Source: an uncultured Chloroflexia bacterium
Lineage (GTDB): Bacteria > Chloroflexota > Ktedonobacteria > Ktedonobacterales > JADMIN01
Assembly: GCA_963718915.1 (NCBI GenBank)
Contig: CAVRAI010000015.1
Span: 300,001-332,000, forward strand
Direction of reading: 5' to 3'
Length of the DNA stretch: 32,000 nucleotides
Made by a program: the position numbers and the translations under genes. Every line of letters starts with the position of its first letter. The first letter of the stretch is position 1. The notes beneath the pieces were generated by a model. That model worked only from the letters and a program-made list of their open reading frames with translations, was not told the DNA's origin and ran no database searches. This document shows positions 8,797-17,998 of this stretch, one piece after another.

Positions 8797-9192
8797 ATGG
8801 CCGCGCGGAGCAGCATGGATACGATGGATGATCTCCGCTTCGACCGTCACTTCCGCACTCCCAATTCGGAGGGCTACTACCTCGTGCGCGGGCAGACGCG
8901 CATTGGGATGGTTGACCTGCATTTCACCTCGACCACGGTGCATGGCACGCTGATTATCGAGCAGGAGATGGAGCGCGACGCGCTGGCCCAGTTGATCGAA
9001 CGCATCGACGAGGACCTCGTGCTCTCCGCCGATACCCCGCGCGATGATTTCCTTGTCAGCGTCTATAGCGGCAAGGAAGTCGGCTTCTTCAACGACACCT
9101 TCCGCGCCGATCAGGATGACCTCGTCACCGATCTCGACGAGGACGATGAAGAGGATGACGGCGCCTTCGAGGACGATGACCTGGAAGAATAG
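8797..9192 (+). CDS. Hypothetical protein with poly-acidic C-terminus
   Basis: GGAGG lies 11 nt upstream of the ATG at 8797. Ends DLDEDDEEDDGAFEDDDLEE. Followed directly by a stem-loop. I recognise no family. Confidence 0.55.
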   Translation: MAARSSMDTMDDLRFDRHFRTPNSEGYYLVRGQTRIGMVDLHFTSTTVHGTLIIEQEMERDALAQLIERIDEDLVLSADTPRDDFLVSVYSGKEVGFFNDTFRADQDDLVTDLDEDDEEDDGAFEDDDLEE

Positions 9193-9222
9193 GAGCGCCC
9201 ACTCTCCTCAATGGGCGCTCCT
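9191..9222. terminator. Bidirectional stem-loop between convergent genes (AGGAGCGCCCA N10 TGGGCGCTCCT)
   Basis: Perfect 11-bp stem lying between the stop at 9190-9192 (+ strand gene) and the mltG stop at 9243 (- strand). Confidence 0.6.
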
Positions 9223-9242
9223 CGCGCACAGTGTAACCCACC

Positions 9243-10472
9243 TCAGCTATCTGCCGGCTGCACGGTTTTGCGAGATTGGCTTCGTTCTGGGCATCCGTGG
9301 TGGCGTAGAGCGTTGTGCCATGGCAATCCTGGATGAAGTAGAAGTACTTCGAGATGGCAGGGATTCGCCGCCGCCTCGATCTCCGCCCAGAGTGGCGCGG
9401 CAATTGGGCCAGGCATCAGATTCCCATTTGTGGTGACATTGGTGTTGTATGGGTCGGTGGTGGCAACCTGTGAACCAGCTTTTGTAAGTGGTTTCCACCA
9501 TTTACCATCTGTCGGCGGAGTCGCGCTTTCGAGAGCATACTGAGCCGTTGGATCCGCGCCCATACTGGCGATGTCGCCTGTGTTGGGCGTTTTAAGCAGT
9601 AACGTCATGTAGCGCGTGTAATAGACGTTGGTCACGCCTGGCGCGTCTTTGGGATCTTTGATCTCGCGCACCGTCAATGAGGCCATGGTCAGCGCAGTAT
9701 GCAGCGCGACCACGGGATCAGTGGTGGAATAGGCTTTCTCCGCTGTAGCGAAGATGTTGCTGTTGCCAACCGGCGCCGCGTGGGCCAGGCATTGCGTCTT
9801 GTCGGCGAAATACGCCTTCGGATTGTTATCCGGCCCTGGACAGAGCTTCGATCCCAGATTATCGAGCATCGCCTCGATCACGAATGTTTCGTCATCATCC
9901 TTGGTGAAGTAGTAGGTGTCGGGGAAGAGATAGCCCTCCAGCGCGTATTTGACCTTCGTGCCTTTGGCCATCGGCTGCACGAACCAGTATTTCGTCCAGA
10001 GCGGCGTCTTGGCGTCATCCATCAGGATGCCCGTCTTCGCGATCTGCGCGAAGTTATCGGCATTGAACTTGGGCAGCTTGGTAAAGTAGTCCGGATACTG
10101 GGTGACGCGCGAGCCGGGCGGAACCAGGATAACGATGTGCTCATCCTGAGCCGCGCCTTCGAGCGCGGTGATGATCTGGTCCATGTTCATGTTGGGGCTG
10201 AGGCTGTATGTGCCGTGCTTGAGGTTGCTGTCGAGATGCTTATAGCGCGCCAGCAGGCGGAAGATGAGCGCATTGCGGATGAGTCCGGCTTTTTCGAGCT
10301 TGTTGGCAATCTCGGTCGAGGTGTCACCATCGTTGACGACGAAGTTGATCGTGTCATTCGAGCCGGAGACGACCGGGCGTGTTACATCCAGCGCTACCGT
10401 CGTCCCGACCAGGCCAACCCCAAATGCCAGTAGCGCGAACAGGATAGTCACCACCAGTGCGGTGCGTTTCAT
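9243..10472 (-). CDS. mltG: Endolytic murein transglycosylase MltG (YceG family), with an apparent compensated frameshift near the 3' end
   Basis: N-terminal TM segment. LysM-like segment DGDTSTEIANKLEKAGLIRNALIFRLL. YALEGYLFPDTYYF and PYNTN...GPIAAP motifs. The conserved C-terminal YFYFIQDCHGTTLYATTDAQNEANLAK is encoded in a different frame between ~9268 and ~9352. The ATG overlaps the ruvX stop (ATGA). Confidence 0.85.
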   Translation of the reverse strand: MKRTALVVTILFALLAFGVGLVGTTVALDVTRPVVSGSNDTINFVVNDGDTSTEIANKLEKAGLIRNALIFRLLARYKHLDSNLKHGTYSLSPNMNMDQIITALEGAAQDEHIVILVPPGSRVTQYPDYFTKLPKFNADNFAQIAKTGILMDDAKTPLWTKYWFVQPMAKGTKVKYALEGYLFPDTYYFTKDDDETFVIEAMLDNLGSKLCPGPDNNPKAYFADKTQCLAHAAPVGNSNIFATAEKAYSTTDPVVALHTALTMASLTVREIKDPKDAPGVTNVYYTRYMTLLLKTPNTGDIASMGADPTAQYALESATPPTDGKWWKPLTKAGSQVATTDPYNTNVTTNGNLMPGPIAAPLWAEIEAAANPCHLEVLLLHPGLPWHNALRHHGCPERSQSRKTVQPADS

Positions 10473-10963
10473 CGGCGCTCATCCTCCTCAATCTCACGTC
10501 CTGGGCGCTCTTCCAGGAATTCTCCCTGGTGCGCGCTCCGTCGCCGCTGATCCAGATATTCTTCCAGGATCACCGCCGCGGCCATCGCATCGATGCGCTC
10601 GCGCATGCGCTCCCGGCGCACACCCGCCGCCCGCAGTCGCTCTTCCGCGCGTACCGTCGAAAGCGTCTCGTCCGCGTAGACTAGCGGCACTCCGCGCGCA
10701 TCGAGCGGTTTGCGCAGTCGTTCAGCGAATCGCTGCACGGTCTGCGCCTGGCCATGCAACTGGCCGTCGAAGCTGATCGGCAGGCCAACCACAACCAGCG
10801 TGGCCTCCTCCGCCTGTACCAGCCGCATGATCTCATCCAGCGCGGCCTGAGTCGAGCGGCGGAATATCACCGTGCGCGGCGAGGCGAGCATGCCCAGCTC
10901 GTCGCACGTGGCGACGCCGATACGCTTCGTGCCAACATCCAGCGCCAGAATTACCCCAGCCAT
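10469..10963 (-). CDS. ruvX: Holliday junction resolvase-like nuclease RuvX/YqgF
   Basis: MAGVILALDVGTKRIGVATCD...VVVGLPISFDGQ...AAVILEEYL matches the YqgF pattern. RBS GGGAG lies upstream of the ATG at 10963. There is a 4-nt overlap with mltG, and ruvX-mltG is a widespread conserved pair. Confidence 0.85.
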   Translation of the reverse strand: MAGVILALDVGTKRIGVATCDELGMLASPRTVIFRRSTQAALDEIMRLVQAEEATLVVVGLPISFDGQLHGQAQTVQRFAERLRKPLDARGVPLVYADETLSTVRAEERLRAAGVRRERMRERIDAMAAAVILEEYLDQRRRSAHQGEFLEERPGREIEEDERR

Positions 10964-11334
10964 ACGCTCCCGCCACATTCCGCCATCATGCCAGTATGCC
11001 ACCATGGCGCATCTGGCTCCGCTCTACCGCATCCGATGGAGCCAACAGTATCAGGGGCATTGTACGGTTGAGGCGTGCGCGCATGCAAGCGCCAGCCGCG
11101 TGTTGTGTGCCACGGCTATCGTGCCACGGCGTGGCGCGACCCGCCTACGTGCGTACCCGGAAGTCCTAGTTCGGGACAGGCTGTGGTGTTCGCTCAGTCG
11201 GAGTATGGTAGACTCGTGAAGCGTACTTATTCGGCGCTGGCGATGGGATGCTCACCGGATGACCGCTATGGCCGACGCGGCGCGGATAGTTCAAGGAGGG
11301 CGGTTCGACGCCGGACCATTGAGAGGAGCACTAC

Positions 11335-11712
11335 GTGACAGCATTCTGGTACGTCATCAGCGGGATAGGCATTCTGGCGGCTATTATCAATTTCTCCCTC
11401 GCGTTTGCCCGGCGCAATCAGCCGATGGCGGCTCTTGCACGCACTGTCGCCGGTGTGGTGTCGCTGGCATTGCCAGTGGTGATTCTCATTGGCAAACTGG
11501 TGCTGCGCGCCCATCCACCCTTTGCGCTGGACTGGCAGACGGTCTTCATCGCGACGGGCGCCTTTGTCTTTGCCGTGCTGCTTCTGCCATCCTACGTCGA
11601 TAAGGGCGAGAAGAAGGAAACGCTTCAGGAGCGCGCCGCCCACGTCGTGCGAAAGACCAACGCCACCATCCGGCTGGAGAAGCGCGGTATTGGCGATGAG
11701 TGGGTGAACTAG
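11335..11712 (+). CDS. Small integral membrane protein, unknown function
   Basis: Three hydrophobic segments (WYVISGIGILAAIINFSLAF, VAGVVSLALPVVILIGKLVL, VFIATGAFVFAVLLLP). RBS GAGAGGAG lies upstream of the GTG at 11335. Confidence 0.55.
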   Translation: MTAFWYVISGIGILAAIINFSLAFARRNQPMAALARTVAGVVSLALPVVILIGKLVLRAHPPFALDWQTVFIATGAFVFAVLLLPSYVDKGEKKETLQERAAHVVRKTNATIRLEKRGIGDEWVN

Positions 11713-11764
11713 CCAACCAGCGCTCGCGAACGAGGCCAACGGGACTCGCGACGGGACTCACATC

Positions 11765-11802
11765 AAAGGGACGTCATCCAATTAGGGGTGCGCGTCCCTT
11801 TT
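11765..11802 (+). terminator. Stem-loop AAAGGGACG N19 CGTCCCTTT followed by T
   Basis: 9-bp stem ending in a short T-run, about 50 nt after the stop at 11712. The loop is large, so this is only moderately convincing. Confidence 0.4.
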
Positions 11803-11821
11803 GCCTGCGCGCGTGTTATGG

Positions 11822-11851
11822 CGTATGCTGACGTATGCTATCGTATGCTAT
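11822..11851. repeat. Three 10-bp direct repeats with core CGTATGCT
   Basis: CGTATGCT occurs at 11822-11829, 11832-11839 and 11842-11849, an exact 10-bp period, about 90 nt upstream of the ATG at 11939. Confidence 0.7.
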
Positions 11852-11938
11852 CACCCGCTGAACGGTGAATCGAGCCACGTGGGAGCAGCTAGCTCTCTCA
11901 TGGGTAGCTACAGGTATGGGCCAGAGGTATCAAGCACC

Positions 11939-12964
11939 ATGTCGTCCGTGAATGGTAATGCCATACGCGCCGTCTTGCAGCTTACAGGGGTTATTGGGGC
12001 GGATAGTTCGCCCACCATTCGCCGCGAGCCGAGCTATGGCGATGAGGAACGCTTCCACATCTCGACAGCTACGTCGCAGATGATACTGGTGCGCTACCCA
12101 CCGTCCGCGCGCGAGCGGGCGCATCGTGAGGCGGCCGGGCTACGGCTCGCGGGCGAGATGGGGCTGGGGCCAGCGCTGTTGTTGGCGGACGAAAGCGGCA
12201 AGGCGCTGGGCGCGCCGGTGGTCGTCTATGCCGCGCCGCATGGGCGCTCGCGGGGTAGTGGATCGTTGAGCGCTGACGACGTAAAGTGGTGGCTGTTTCT
12301 CCTGCTGACCCTGCACCACCTGCCGCCTGATCGGGTGGATGTCGTCTCCAGCATGAGTCCGGATGCGGCCACCTGGTGGCAGCGCACGCAGGCGCCGTGG
12401 CTGGCCTGTCAGACTGCCTATGCGGCGCCCGTCTATCGCCCGCTGCTCGATTCACTCAAGCGGATGGCTGCAGTGGTGAGTGTCCACATCGACGTGCAGC
12501 GGGAGCGGTGGCGCGGGGCGCCACGGCGGCCATGTCACGGTAATCCGGCGCCGTCCAGTCTGATCCACGATGGCGCGCGCATGATGCTGGTGGAGTGGGA
12601 TGGCTTTGGCCTGGGCGACCCGGCGCTCGAAGTTGGGCGCGCGGCGGTGCTGGCGACGCTAGCCGGTTCACTCACCAAAGAGCAGTACTCCAGCTTTCTG
12701 CCCGACTACCTCGCGGGCATGCGCGATCTGGGTGATACGATGCTGGAGGCGCGGCTGCGGCTAGCGACCGATGTGATGCCGATGGGCTTCTGCCTCACGG
12801 TGCTCAATCTGCTGGCCAGGCAGCCAGTTCCGCCGGGGGAGCGGTCCAACCAACTCGACGCCGTCACCCGCGCGCTGCTCTGGTTGCAGCGAACGCTCGG
12901 CTTGAAGGAAGACGATCCGGCGATGCTGCTGGCGCCCTTGCGGAATCCACCGCGACACGGCTAG
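11939..12964 (+). CDS. Aminoglycoside/choline-kinase-fold (APH family) phosphotransferase-like protein, possibly catalytically degenerate
   Basis: CHGNPAPSSLIHDGARMMLVEWDGFGLGDPALEVG aligns by eye to the APH pattern HGDxxxxN...(I/F)D(W/L)..gdp..D. The start is uncertain: ATG at 11939 or 11900, and the track starts at 11801. Confidence 0.55.
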   Translation: MSSVNGNAIRAVLQLTGVIGADSSPTIRREPSYGDEERFHISTATSQMILVRYPPSARERAHREAAGLRLAGEMGLGPALLLADESGKALGAPVVVYAAPHGRSRGSGSLSADDVKWWLFLLLTLHHLPPDRVDVVSSMSPDAATWWQRTQAPWLACQTAYAAPVYRPLLDSLKRMAAVVSVHIDVQRERWRGAPRRPCHGNPAPSSLIHDGARMMLVEWDGFGLGDPALEVGRAAVLATLAGSLTKEQYSSFLPDYLAGMRDLGDTMLEARLRLATDVMPMGFCLTVLNLLARQPVPPGERSNQLDAVTRALLWLQRTLGLKEDDPAMLLAPLRNPPRHG

Positions 12965-13085
12965 CATGCCACAAAGCGAAAAGTGAATGGTCAGGCTTCG
13001 TCGCCCGGTAGGCGCCTGTGCGGTACAATAGAACGGTTGTACAGATTGGTCTTTAGAGACGTTGCCGTTTGAGGATAGATGCATC

Positions 13086-15452
13086 ATGACCTCCTCCACA
13101 CCAGACGCCAATGGGCAGATTGACTTGCTCTCCGCGTTGAATCCGCCCCAGCGTGACGCCGTCACCACGACCGAAGGGCCGTTGCTGGTCTTCGCCGGCC
13201 CTGGAAGTGGCAAAACGAGAGTAATCACCCACCGCATCGCCTGGCTCGTGCGCGAACAGGGCGTCTTGCCGTGGAATATTCTCGCCGTGACATTCACCAA
13301 CAAGGCCGCCGCCGAGATGAAGGAGCGGCTGGAGAAGCTGATCGGCTCGTCGGCGCGGGATGTGGCGGTGGGTACATTCCATGCCATCTGCGCGCGTGTC
13401 CTGCGGCGCGAGGTCGAGCGGAGCGATTTCGGCCTGAATCGCTATTTTGTCATCTACGACGACGACGATCAGATTGCGCTGGTAAAGCGCATCCTGCTTG
13501 ATATGCAGTTCGATCCCAAGCAGTTCAATCCGCGGATGATTCACAGCATTATCTCGCGCGCCAAGAACGAGTTGCTCTCGCCCGCCGAGTTCGCCAAGAG
13601 CGTCAACCGCTATCCCGAAGAGATCGCGGCCCGTGTCTTCGCACGCTATGACGACGAGCTACGTAGCAGTAACGCGGTAGATTTCGACGACCTGATTCTG
13701 CTGACCTGGCGGCTGTGGGATCGCAATCCAGACATCCTGAGCGACTACCAGCGTCGCTATCGCTACATCCACGTGGACGAGTTTCAGGATACCAATCCGG
13801 CGCAGTATGAGCTGGTGCGGCTACTCGCTGGCGGCACGGCGGAGACGCCTGGCCACACGAATATCTGCGCGGTTGGTGACGATGATCAATCGATTTATGG
13901 CTGGCGAGGGGCGAATCCCGAGGTGGTGCGCGACTTCCAGCGCGACTTTCCCACCATGCGCGTGATTGTCCTCGAACAGAACTATCGCTCGACGCAGAAC
14001 ATTCTCGATGCCGCGCAGGGTGTCGTGAAGCGCAACGTCAGCCGCCGCGAAAAGCAGCTCTGGACCGAGCGGGGCGGCGGCGACAAGATCACCGTGCACG
14101 AGGCGTATAACGAAGAGGATGAGGCGGCGTTCGTCGTCAACGAGATTCGGCGGCTGGTGGCGCGCGGCGTCTGCGAATTGCGCGATTGCGCCGTCATGTA
14201 TCGCACGAATGCTCAGTCCCGCGCCCTTGAAGAGCAATTTATCCGCAGCGGCCTGCGCTACGTTGTCGTCGGCAGCAAGAAATTTTACGAGCGCAGAGAA
14301 ATAAAAGACATGCTGGCGTATCTGCGCCTGTTGCTCAATCCCGCGGATACTGCCTCGCTCCAGCGCATCATCAACGTCCCGGCGCGCAAGATTGGGCCAA
14401 AGACCGTGAATGAACTGCTCATGTGGGCCGAACAGCAAGGGGTGTCGTCGCTCGATGCCCTGCATCGCGTCGAGGAGCACCCCACCCTGACGACTGGCAG
14501 CAAGCGCGCCCTGACAGGCTTCGCCTCGATAGTGGATCGTCTGCGCGTGGTGGCGCGTGAGCAGCCGCTGCCAGACGTGATTGACCAGATCGTCTTACAG
14601 ACCGGCTATGCGCAAGAGCTACGTGATGGCACCGACGAGGGCGAAGACCGCTGGACGAACGTACAGGAACTACGCCGCGTCGCCAGCGATTTTGCTGAGA
14701 TGGATCCCGAGACTGCCCTGCCACTCTTCCTCGAAAATGTCGCCCTGGTCGGGGGATCAGATATCGTGCAGACAGGCGAAAATGGCTCGCTGGCCACGGA
14801 AGAGCAGCGGCAGGACGCCGTCACGCTGATTACCCTGCACGCCGCGAAGGGGCTGGAGTTTCCAGTGGTCTTTGTCGTGGGATTGGAAGAAGGCATTCTG
14901 CCACACGCACGCTCGATGGAGAGCCAGCGCGAGCTGGAGGAGGAGCGACGGCTAGCCTACGTCGGCATTACGCGGGCGATGCATCAGTTATATCTTGTGC
15001 GCGCGTTCAGACGCTCGTTCTTCGGCGGTAACGCGCTTATGCAGGAACCATCGCGCTTCCTCGATGAGATACCAAGCAAGTTAGTGACATTCTCTCGCCA
15101 ACGCACCCGTAGCGATGCGGGCAACGCACGTACCGGCGCGCATCCTGGCGCCAATGGAGGCGAGCCAGCGTCGCCAGCGCCAGCGCCATCGTCGTCGGCA
15201 TTTGGCCAGCCGAGGGGCATGCGCCCAGCCATCCCACAGGATGACACCGCGCCTGCCGACGAGCGCAACCTGTCTGGTGATGCGCCCGCTCAGCAGCTTC
15301 AGGCGGGTGACCACGTTATCCACCGATTATTTGGGCGCGGGCTGGTGCTCAAGATGACCGACGATAACGGCGTGCAGACTGCCGAAGTGTTGTTCGATCA
15401 GGTGGGCAAGAAGACTCTTGACCTTAATTTCGCGCGTCTGGAAAAGATATAA
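13086..15452 (+). CDS. pcrA: ATP-dependent DNA helicase PcrA/UvrD family
   Basis: LNPPQRDAV, Walker [58 protein letters not shown]. The C-terminal small domain is [25 protein letters not shown] lies 9 nt upstream of the ATG at 13086. Confidence 0.92.
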   Translation: MTSSTPDANGQIDLLSALNPPQRDAVTTTEGPLLVFAGPGSGKTRVITHRIAWLVREQGVLPWNILAVTFTNKAAAEMKERLEKLIGSSARDVAVGTFHAICARVLRREVERSDFGLNRYFVIYDDDDQIALVKRILLDMQFDPKQFNPRMIHSIISRAKNELLSPAEFAKSVNRYPEEIAARVFARYDDELRSSNAVDFDDLILLTWRLWDRNPDILSDYQRRYRYIHVDEFQDTNPAQYELVRLLAGGTAETPGHTNICAVGDDDQSIYGWRGANPEVVRDFQRDFPTMRVIVLEQNYRSTQNILDAAQGVVKRNVSRREKQLWTERGGGDKITVHEAYNEEDEAAFVVNEIRRLVARGVCELRDCAVMYRTNAQSRALEEQFIRSGLRYVVVGSKKFYERREIKDMLAYLRLLLNPADTASLQRIINVPARKIGPKTVNELLMWAEQQGVSSLDALHRVEEHPTLTTGSKRALTGFASIVDRLRVVAREQPLPDVIDQIVLQTGYAQELRDGTDEGEDRWTNVQELRRVASDFAEMDPETALPLFLENVALVGGSDIVQTGENGSLATEEQRQDAVTLITLHAAKGLEFPVVFVVGLEEGILPHARSMESQRELEEERRLAYVGITRAMHQLYLVRAFRRSFFGGNALMQEPSRFLDEIPSKLVTFSRQRTRSDAGNARTGAHPGANGGEPASPAPAPSSSAFGQPRGMRPAIPQDDTAPADERNLSGDAPAQQLQAGDHVIHRLFGRGLVLKMTDDNGVQTAEVLFDQVGKKTLDLNFARLEKI

Positions 15453-15485
15453 CGCGCAGAGCGCGACTTTCAGGCGAAAGCGCGC
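15453..15485 (+). terminator. Overlapping GC hairpins right after the pcrA stop
   Basis: Two alternative hairpins share one arm: CGCGC-aga-GCGCG, and GCGCG-ac-TTTC-aggc-GAAA-g-CGCGC. AAGTTT follows. Confidence 0.35.
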
Positions 15486-16081
15486 AAGTTTCCATTGACA
15501 CGCAGTATCGTATGCATGCAAACGGGCGGAAGAACGTAGTGCGTTCGCAAATGGAATTGCGATAGTTGAGATACACAGGGTATGGAGAATCCGCCAGAGG
15601 TTACGTGACGCTACAAGACACGGCTCGCGCTTGAGCGGAGCCGTGGATGAGCCTGAAGCAAGCCGGCCTGTGGTTGCTGGTGAAGCCGCAGGCGATCTGT
15701 ATGAGCCCCAAGGTCAACTTCTATCGACAACTGAACGTGGGACAGCGGATTGCGGAAGGGCGGGTGCAATGACCTGGAGAGCCATTTCCATTGAAGGAGG
15801 TACAGACTCTGTTTCGGTGTCTTGCATGGAGATGGTAGCCAGGCATAAGCGTGGCGCAGAGGAGAAAAGGCGCATGCCGCGACTGCTCTGGAGTATGGCT
15901 AACAGGCATAATGGGACTGCGAGTCCTGGCGATACCGTATCGGAATCGTAACAACGTCTACCACCATGTCATTGCCGCTATTGCGTCGCGCGTCTTGAAA
16001 TGTGATAGCTCACCCTATCGTGTTGCCGGTCTGCGATACCCCAGCAAATATATTCATTATGCAGGTTAACTCAATTCACAG

Positions 16082-16110
16082 TTGACAGACATTACAATTT
16101 CTGATACAAT
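16082..16110 (+). promoter_or_regulatory. Near-consensus sigma-70-type promoter TTGACA-N17-TACAAT
   Basis: TTGACA at 16082-16087, an exact 17-nt spacer, and TACAAT at 16105-16110. It would produce a ~265-nt leader for the XRE-TPR gene. Confidence 0.6.
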
Positions 16111-16335
16111 TGCATCGTTCACGATTCGCATGTGTAACTGCGCGACAAAATGGAGTACGATCCTCCGTGGTGTCGTGCCTAGACAGAACGGTAGCGCCCC
16201 TGGTGGGTGGCTTCTAACGTCCATTGTCCATATGGGTCGCTGCTGTTTCTGCTTTCCAATTGTTCGGCAGATGGAGGCGAGACGCGCCTTCTGTCGCGCG
16301 AACCCCGAGGGCCTGCGCCAGGAGGCGTGGGTACT

Positions 16336-16358
16336 TTATTGCATTACATATGCAATAA
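16336..16358. promoter_or_regulatory. Perfect palindrome TTATTGCAT-N5-ATGCAATAA, a candidate operator
   Basis: 9-bp perfect inverted arms in an AT-rich patch, 11 nt upstream of the RBS AAGGAG (16369-16374) and 27 nt upstream of the ATG at 16385 of an HTH regulator. Confidence 0.55.
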
Positions 16359-16384
16359 ATAAGTATGTAAGGAGAATCAGCGGT

Positions 16385-17740
16385 ATGCCCCCCGATGCGG
16401 CAGCAGTACGACTTGGTCAGCGTTTGCGCAAGGCGCGTCTCGCGCGCAACTTGACCCAGTCGGAAGTGGCACAGCAACGTTTCAGTGTTTCGTATATTTC
16501 GGCGGTCGAGCGAGGCCAGATCAGGCCTAGCCTTGGCGCGCTTGAAAAGCTCTCTGAGCGTCTACACGTCCCGTTGTCTGACTTATTGCGAGATGATGGC
16601 GACATCGACATTCCACACACAGCGCCAGTAGAACGAAGTGCAGCGACAGAAGAACGCGATGAGATGGACGCGCGGCTGCTCTATGCGCGGATTCTCGCGC
16701 GCCAGGGACATCCGCAGGATGCGCTTGAATTGCTACAGAACCTGCCAACCTCGCGTCTCACGCCGCTCCAGCATGCCGAGATGCTCTGGCGCAAGGCTTA
16801 CTGTTACCTCGAACTTCGCCGCCCCGAAGACGCGCGTAGCGCCGCCCTCGAAGCGATCCCGCTGGCCGAAAAAGCGAACAGCCAGGAACTGGTCGAACGG
16901 CTCCGACTAGAACTAGGGAATGCGTTTGGCCTCATGCACAAATATCAGTTGGCGCTGGATGCCTACAAGAGCTGCAAAGAGGCTATCGATCGCGGCGTGA
17001 TCGAAGATCCGATGTTTCGCTTTGTCGTACTCTACAGTATTGGCAGCCAGCATCGATCCCTGGGCGACTTCGCGACGGCGATAGAGATACTCACGCAGGC
17101 GGCTGAGGTGGGCGAGAGCGTCGTGAACCCATCACGGTTGGGCGAACTCTATGCCACGCTTTGTGATTCGTACCTCTCCGCGCGCGATTTCTCTCGTGCC
17201 AGGCTTGCGGCGACCCAAGGTATGGAGAGCTACAAAGTAGCCGATAACATTCGGATTATCGGCGAGGTGCATAATCGCCTCGGTCGCGCCTTCGCTCAGT
17301 CTGGGCAACTGGATCAGGCGCTCGAAAATCTTGAGGATGCCCATCGGATAGCTGAGCAGGAGGAGAATACACGAGGGCTTGCCGAAGCCGAGCGCGGCCT
17401 GGCAGCGGTCTACGTCCAGCAGAATCGTATCGTAGAGGCGGCGGCGGCGTCCAACCATGCCCTGGCACTCTCGCATGAGCTGGACGACGCCGTGGACCTT
17501 GCCGAATCGTTGCTGATGCTGGCGAATGTGGAGGAGGCACAGGAAGATTTTTCGGCGGCTGAGAAGAACTTCAAGCAGGCGACGGATCTGCTTGATAGCA
17601 CCGATGCCATCCAGGCCCGGAGCGACGCCTATGCTCGCTATAGCGAGTTTCTTGAGCGGCGCGGCCAGGGTGATAAAGCGCTGAAACTGCTCAGGAAAGC
17701 CTGGCAACTCAGCGGCCATTCCCCCGTACTCGCCGGATAG
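16385..17740 (+). CDS. XRE-family HTH transcriptional regulator fused to a TPR domain
   Basis: The N-terminus LGQRLRKARLARNLTQSEVAQQRFSVSYISAVERGQIRPSLGALEKLSERLHVPLSDLL is a Cro/C1-type HTH. The remaining ~370 aa are repeated helical A/L-rich TPR-like units. RBS AAGGAG lies 10 nt upstream of the ATG at 16385. Confidence 0.85.
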   Translation: MPPDAAAVRLGQRLRKARLARNLTQSEVAQQRFSVSYISAVERGQIRPSLGALEKLSERLHVPLSDLLRDDGDIDIPHTAPVERSAATEERDEMDARLLYARILARQGHPQDALELLQNLPTSRLTPLQHAEMLWRKAYCYLELRRPEDARSAALEAIPLAEKANSQELVERLRLELGNAFGLMHKYQLALDAYKSCKEAIDRGVIEDPMFRFVVLYSIGSQHRSLGDFATAIEILTQAAEVGESVVNPSRLGELYATLCDSYLSARDFSRARLAATQGMESYKVADNIRIIGEVHNRLGRAFAQSGQLDQALENLEDAHRIAEQEENTRGLAEAERGLAAVYVQQNRIVEAAAASNHALALSHELDDAVDLAESLLMLANVEEAQEDFSAAEKNFKQATDLLDSTDAIQARSDAYARYSEFLERRGQGDKALKLLRKAWQLSGHSPVLAG

Positions 17741-17768
17741 CGACTCTGGCGCGTGTATCCGAATTCGC

Positions 17769-17793
17769 GTGCTACTCGTGTGCTACTCGTGTG
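17769..17793. repeat. Tandem 11-bp repeat GTGCTACTCGT x2.3
   Basis: Identical copies at 17769-17779 and 17780-17790, then a partial GTG. Lies 29 nt after the XRE-TPR stop. Confidence 0.7.
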
Positions 17794-17805
17794 TTACCAG
17801 CGTCC

Positions 17806-17842
17806 TTCAAGCCCCACTCCCGCCCTGGGAAGGGGGCTTGAA
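17806..17842 (+). terminator. Stem-loop TTCAAGCCCC N17 GGGGCTTGAA
   Basis: Perfect 10-bp stem downstream of the XRE-TPR gene. The loop is large and there is no U-tract. Confidence 0.4.
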
Positions 17843-17998
17843 CAATTTGGTGGCGCTACAATGGCCACAGGTCAAGCCGGGCTTTACCGCGCTGGTCGAT
17901 GCGACACCCCGACCAGACAACGCTCCCATTCCCCCCATGCGACGCCCCACGGCGCGGTACACTGAACAATAGACAAGAGCCTGAAAAGCGGTCGCTGC

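Noticed and set aside
15539-15960. Group II intron fragment (GTGCG at 15539, TATGG receptor-like motif), RNase P RNA, tmRNA, SRP RNA or cobalamin riboswitch
   Set aside because: There is no domain V (AGC...GNRA...hairpin of ~34 nt) and no reverse-transcriptase ORF. GAGGAAAGTCC and ACAGAAnCCGGCTTA (RNase P), the tRNA-like CCA end (tmRNA), GTCAGGTCCGGAAGGAAGCAGC (SRP) and the GCCACTG B12 box are all absent. The region is kept only as an unclassified candidate.
16082-16384. N-terminal 101-codon extension of the XRE-TPR ORF as given by the ORF track
   Set aside because: The extension starts inside the TTGACA -35 box of the promoter and has Cys/Trp-rich non-protein-like sequence. A strong AAGGAG RBS precedes the internal ATG at 16385, exactly where the HTH domain begins.
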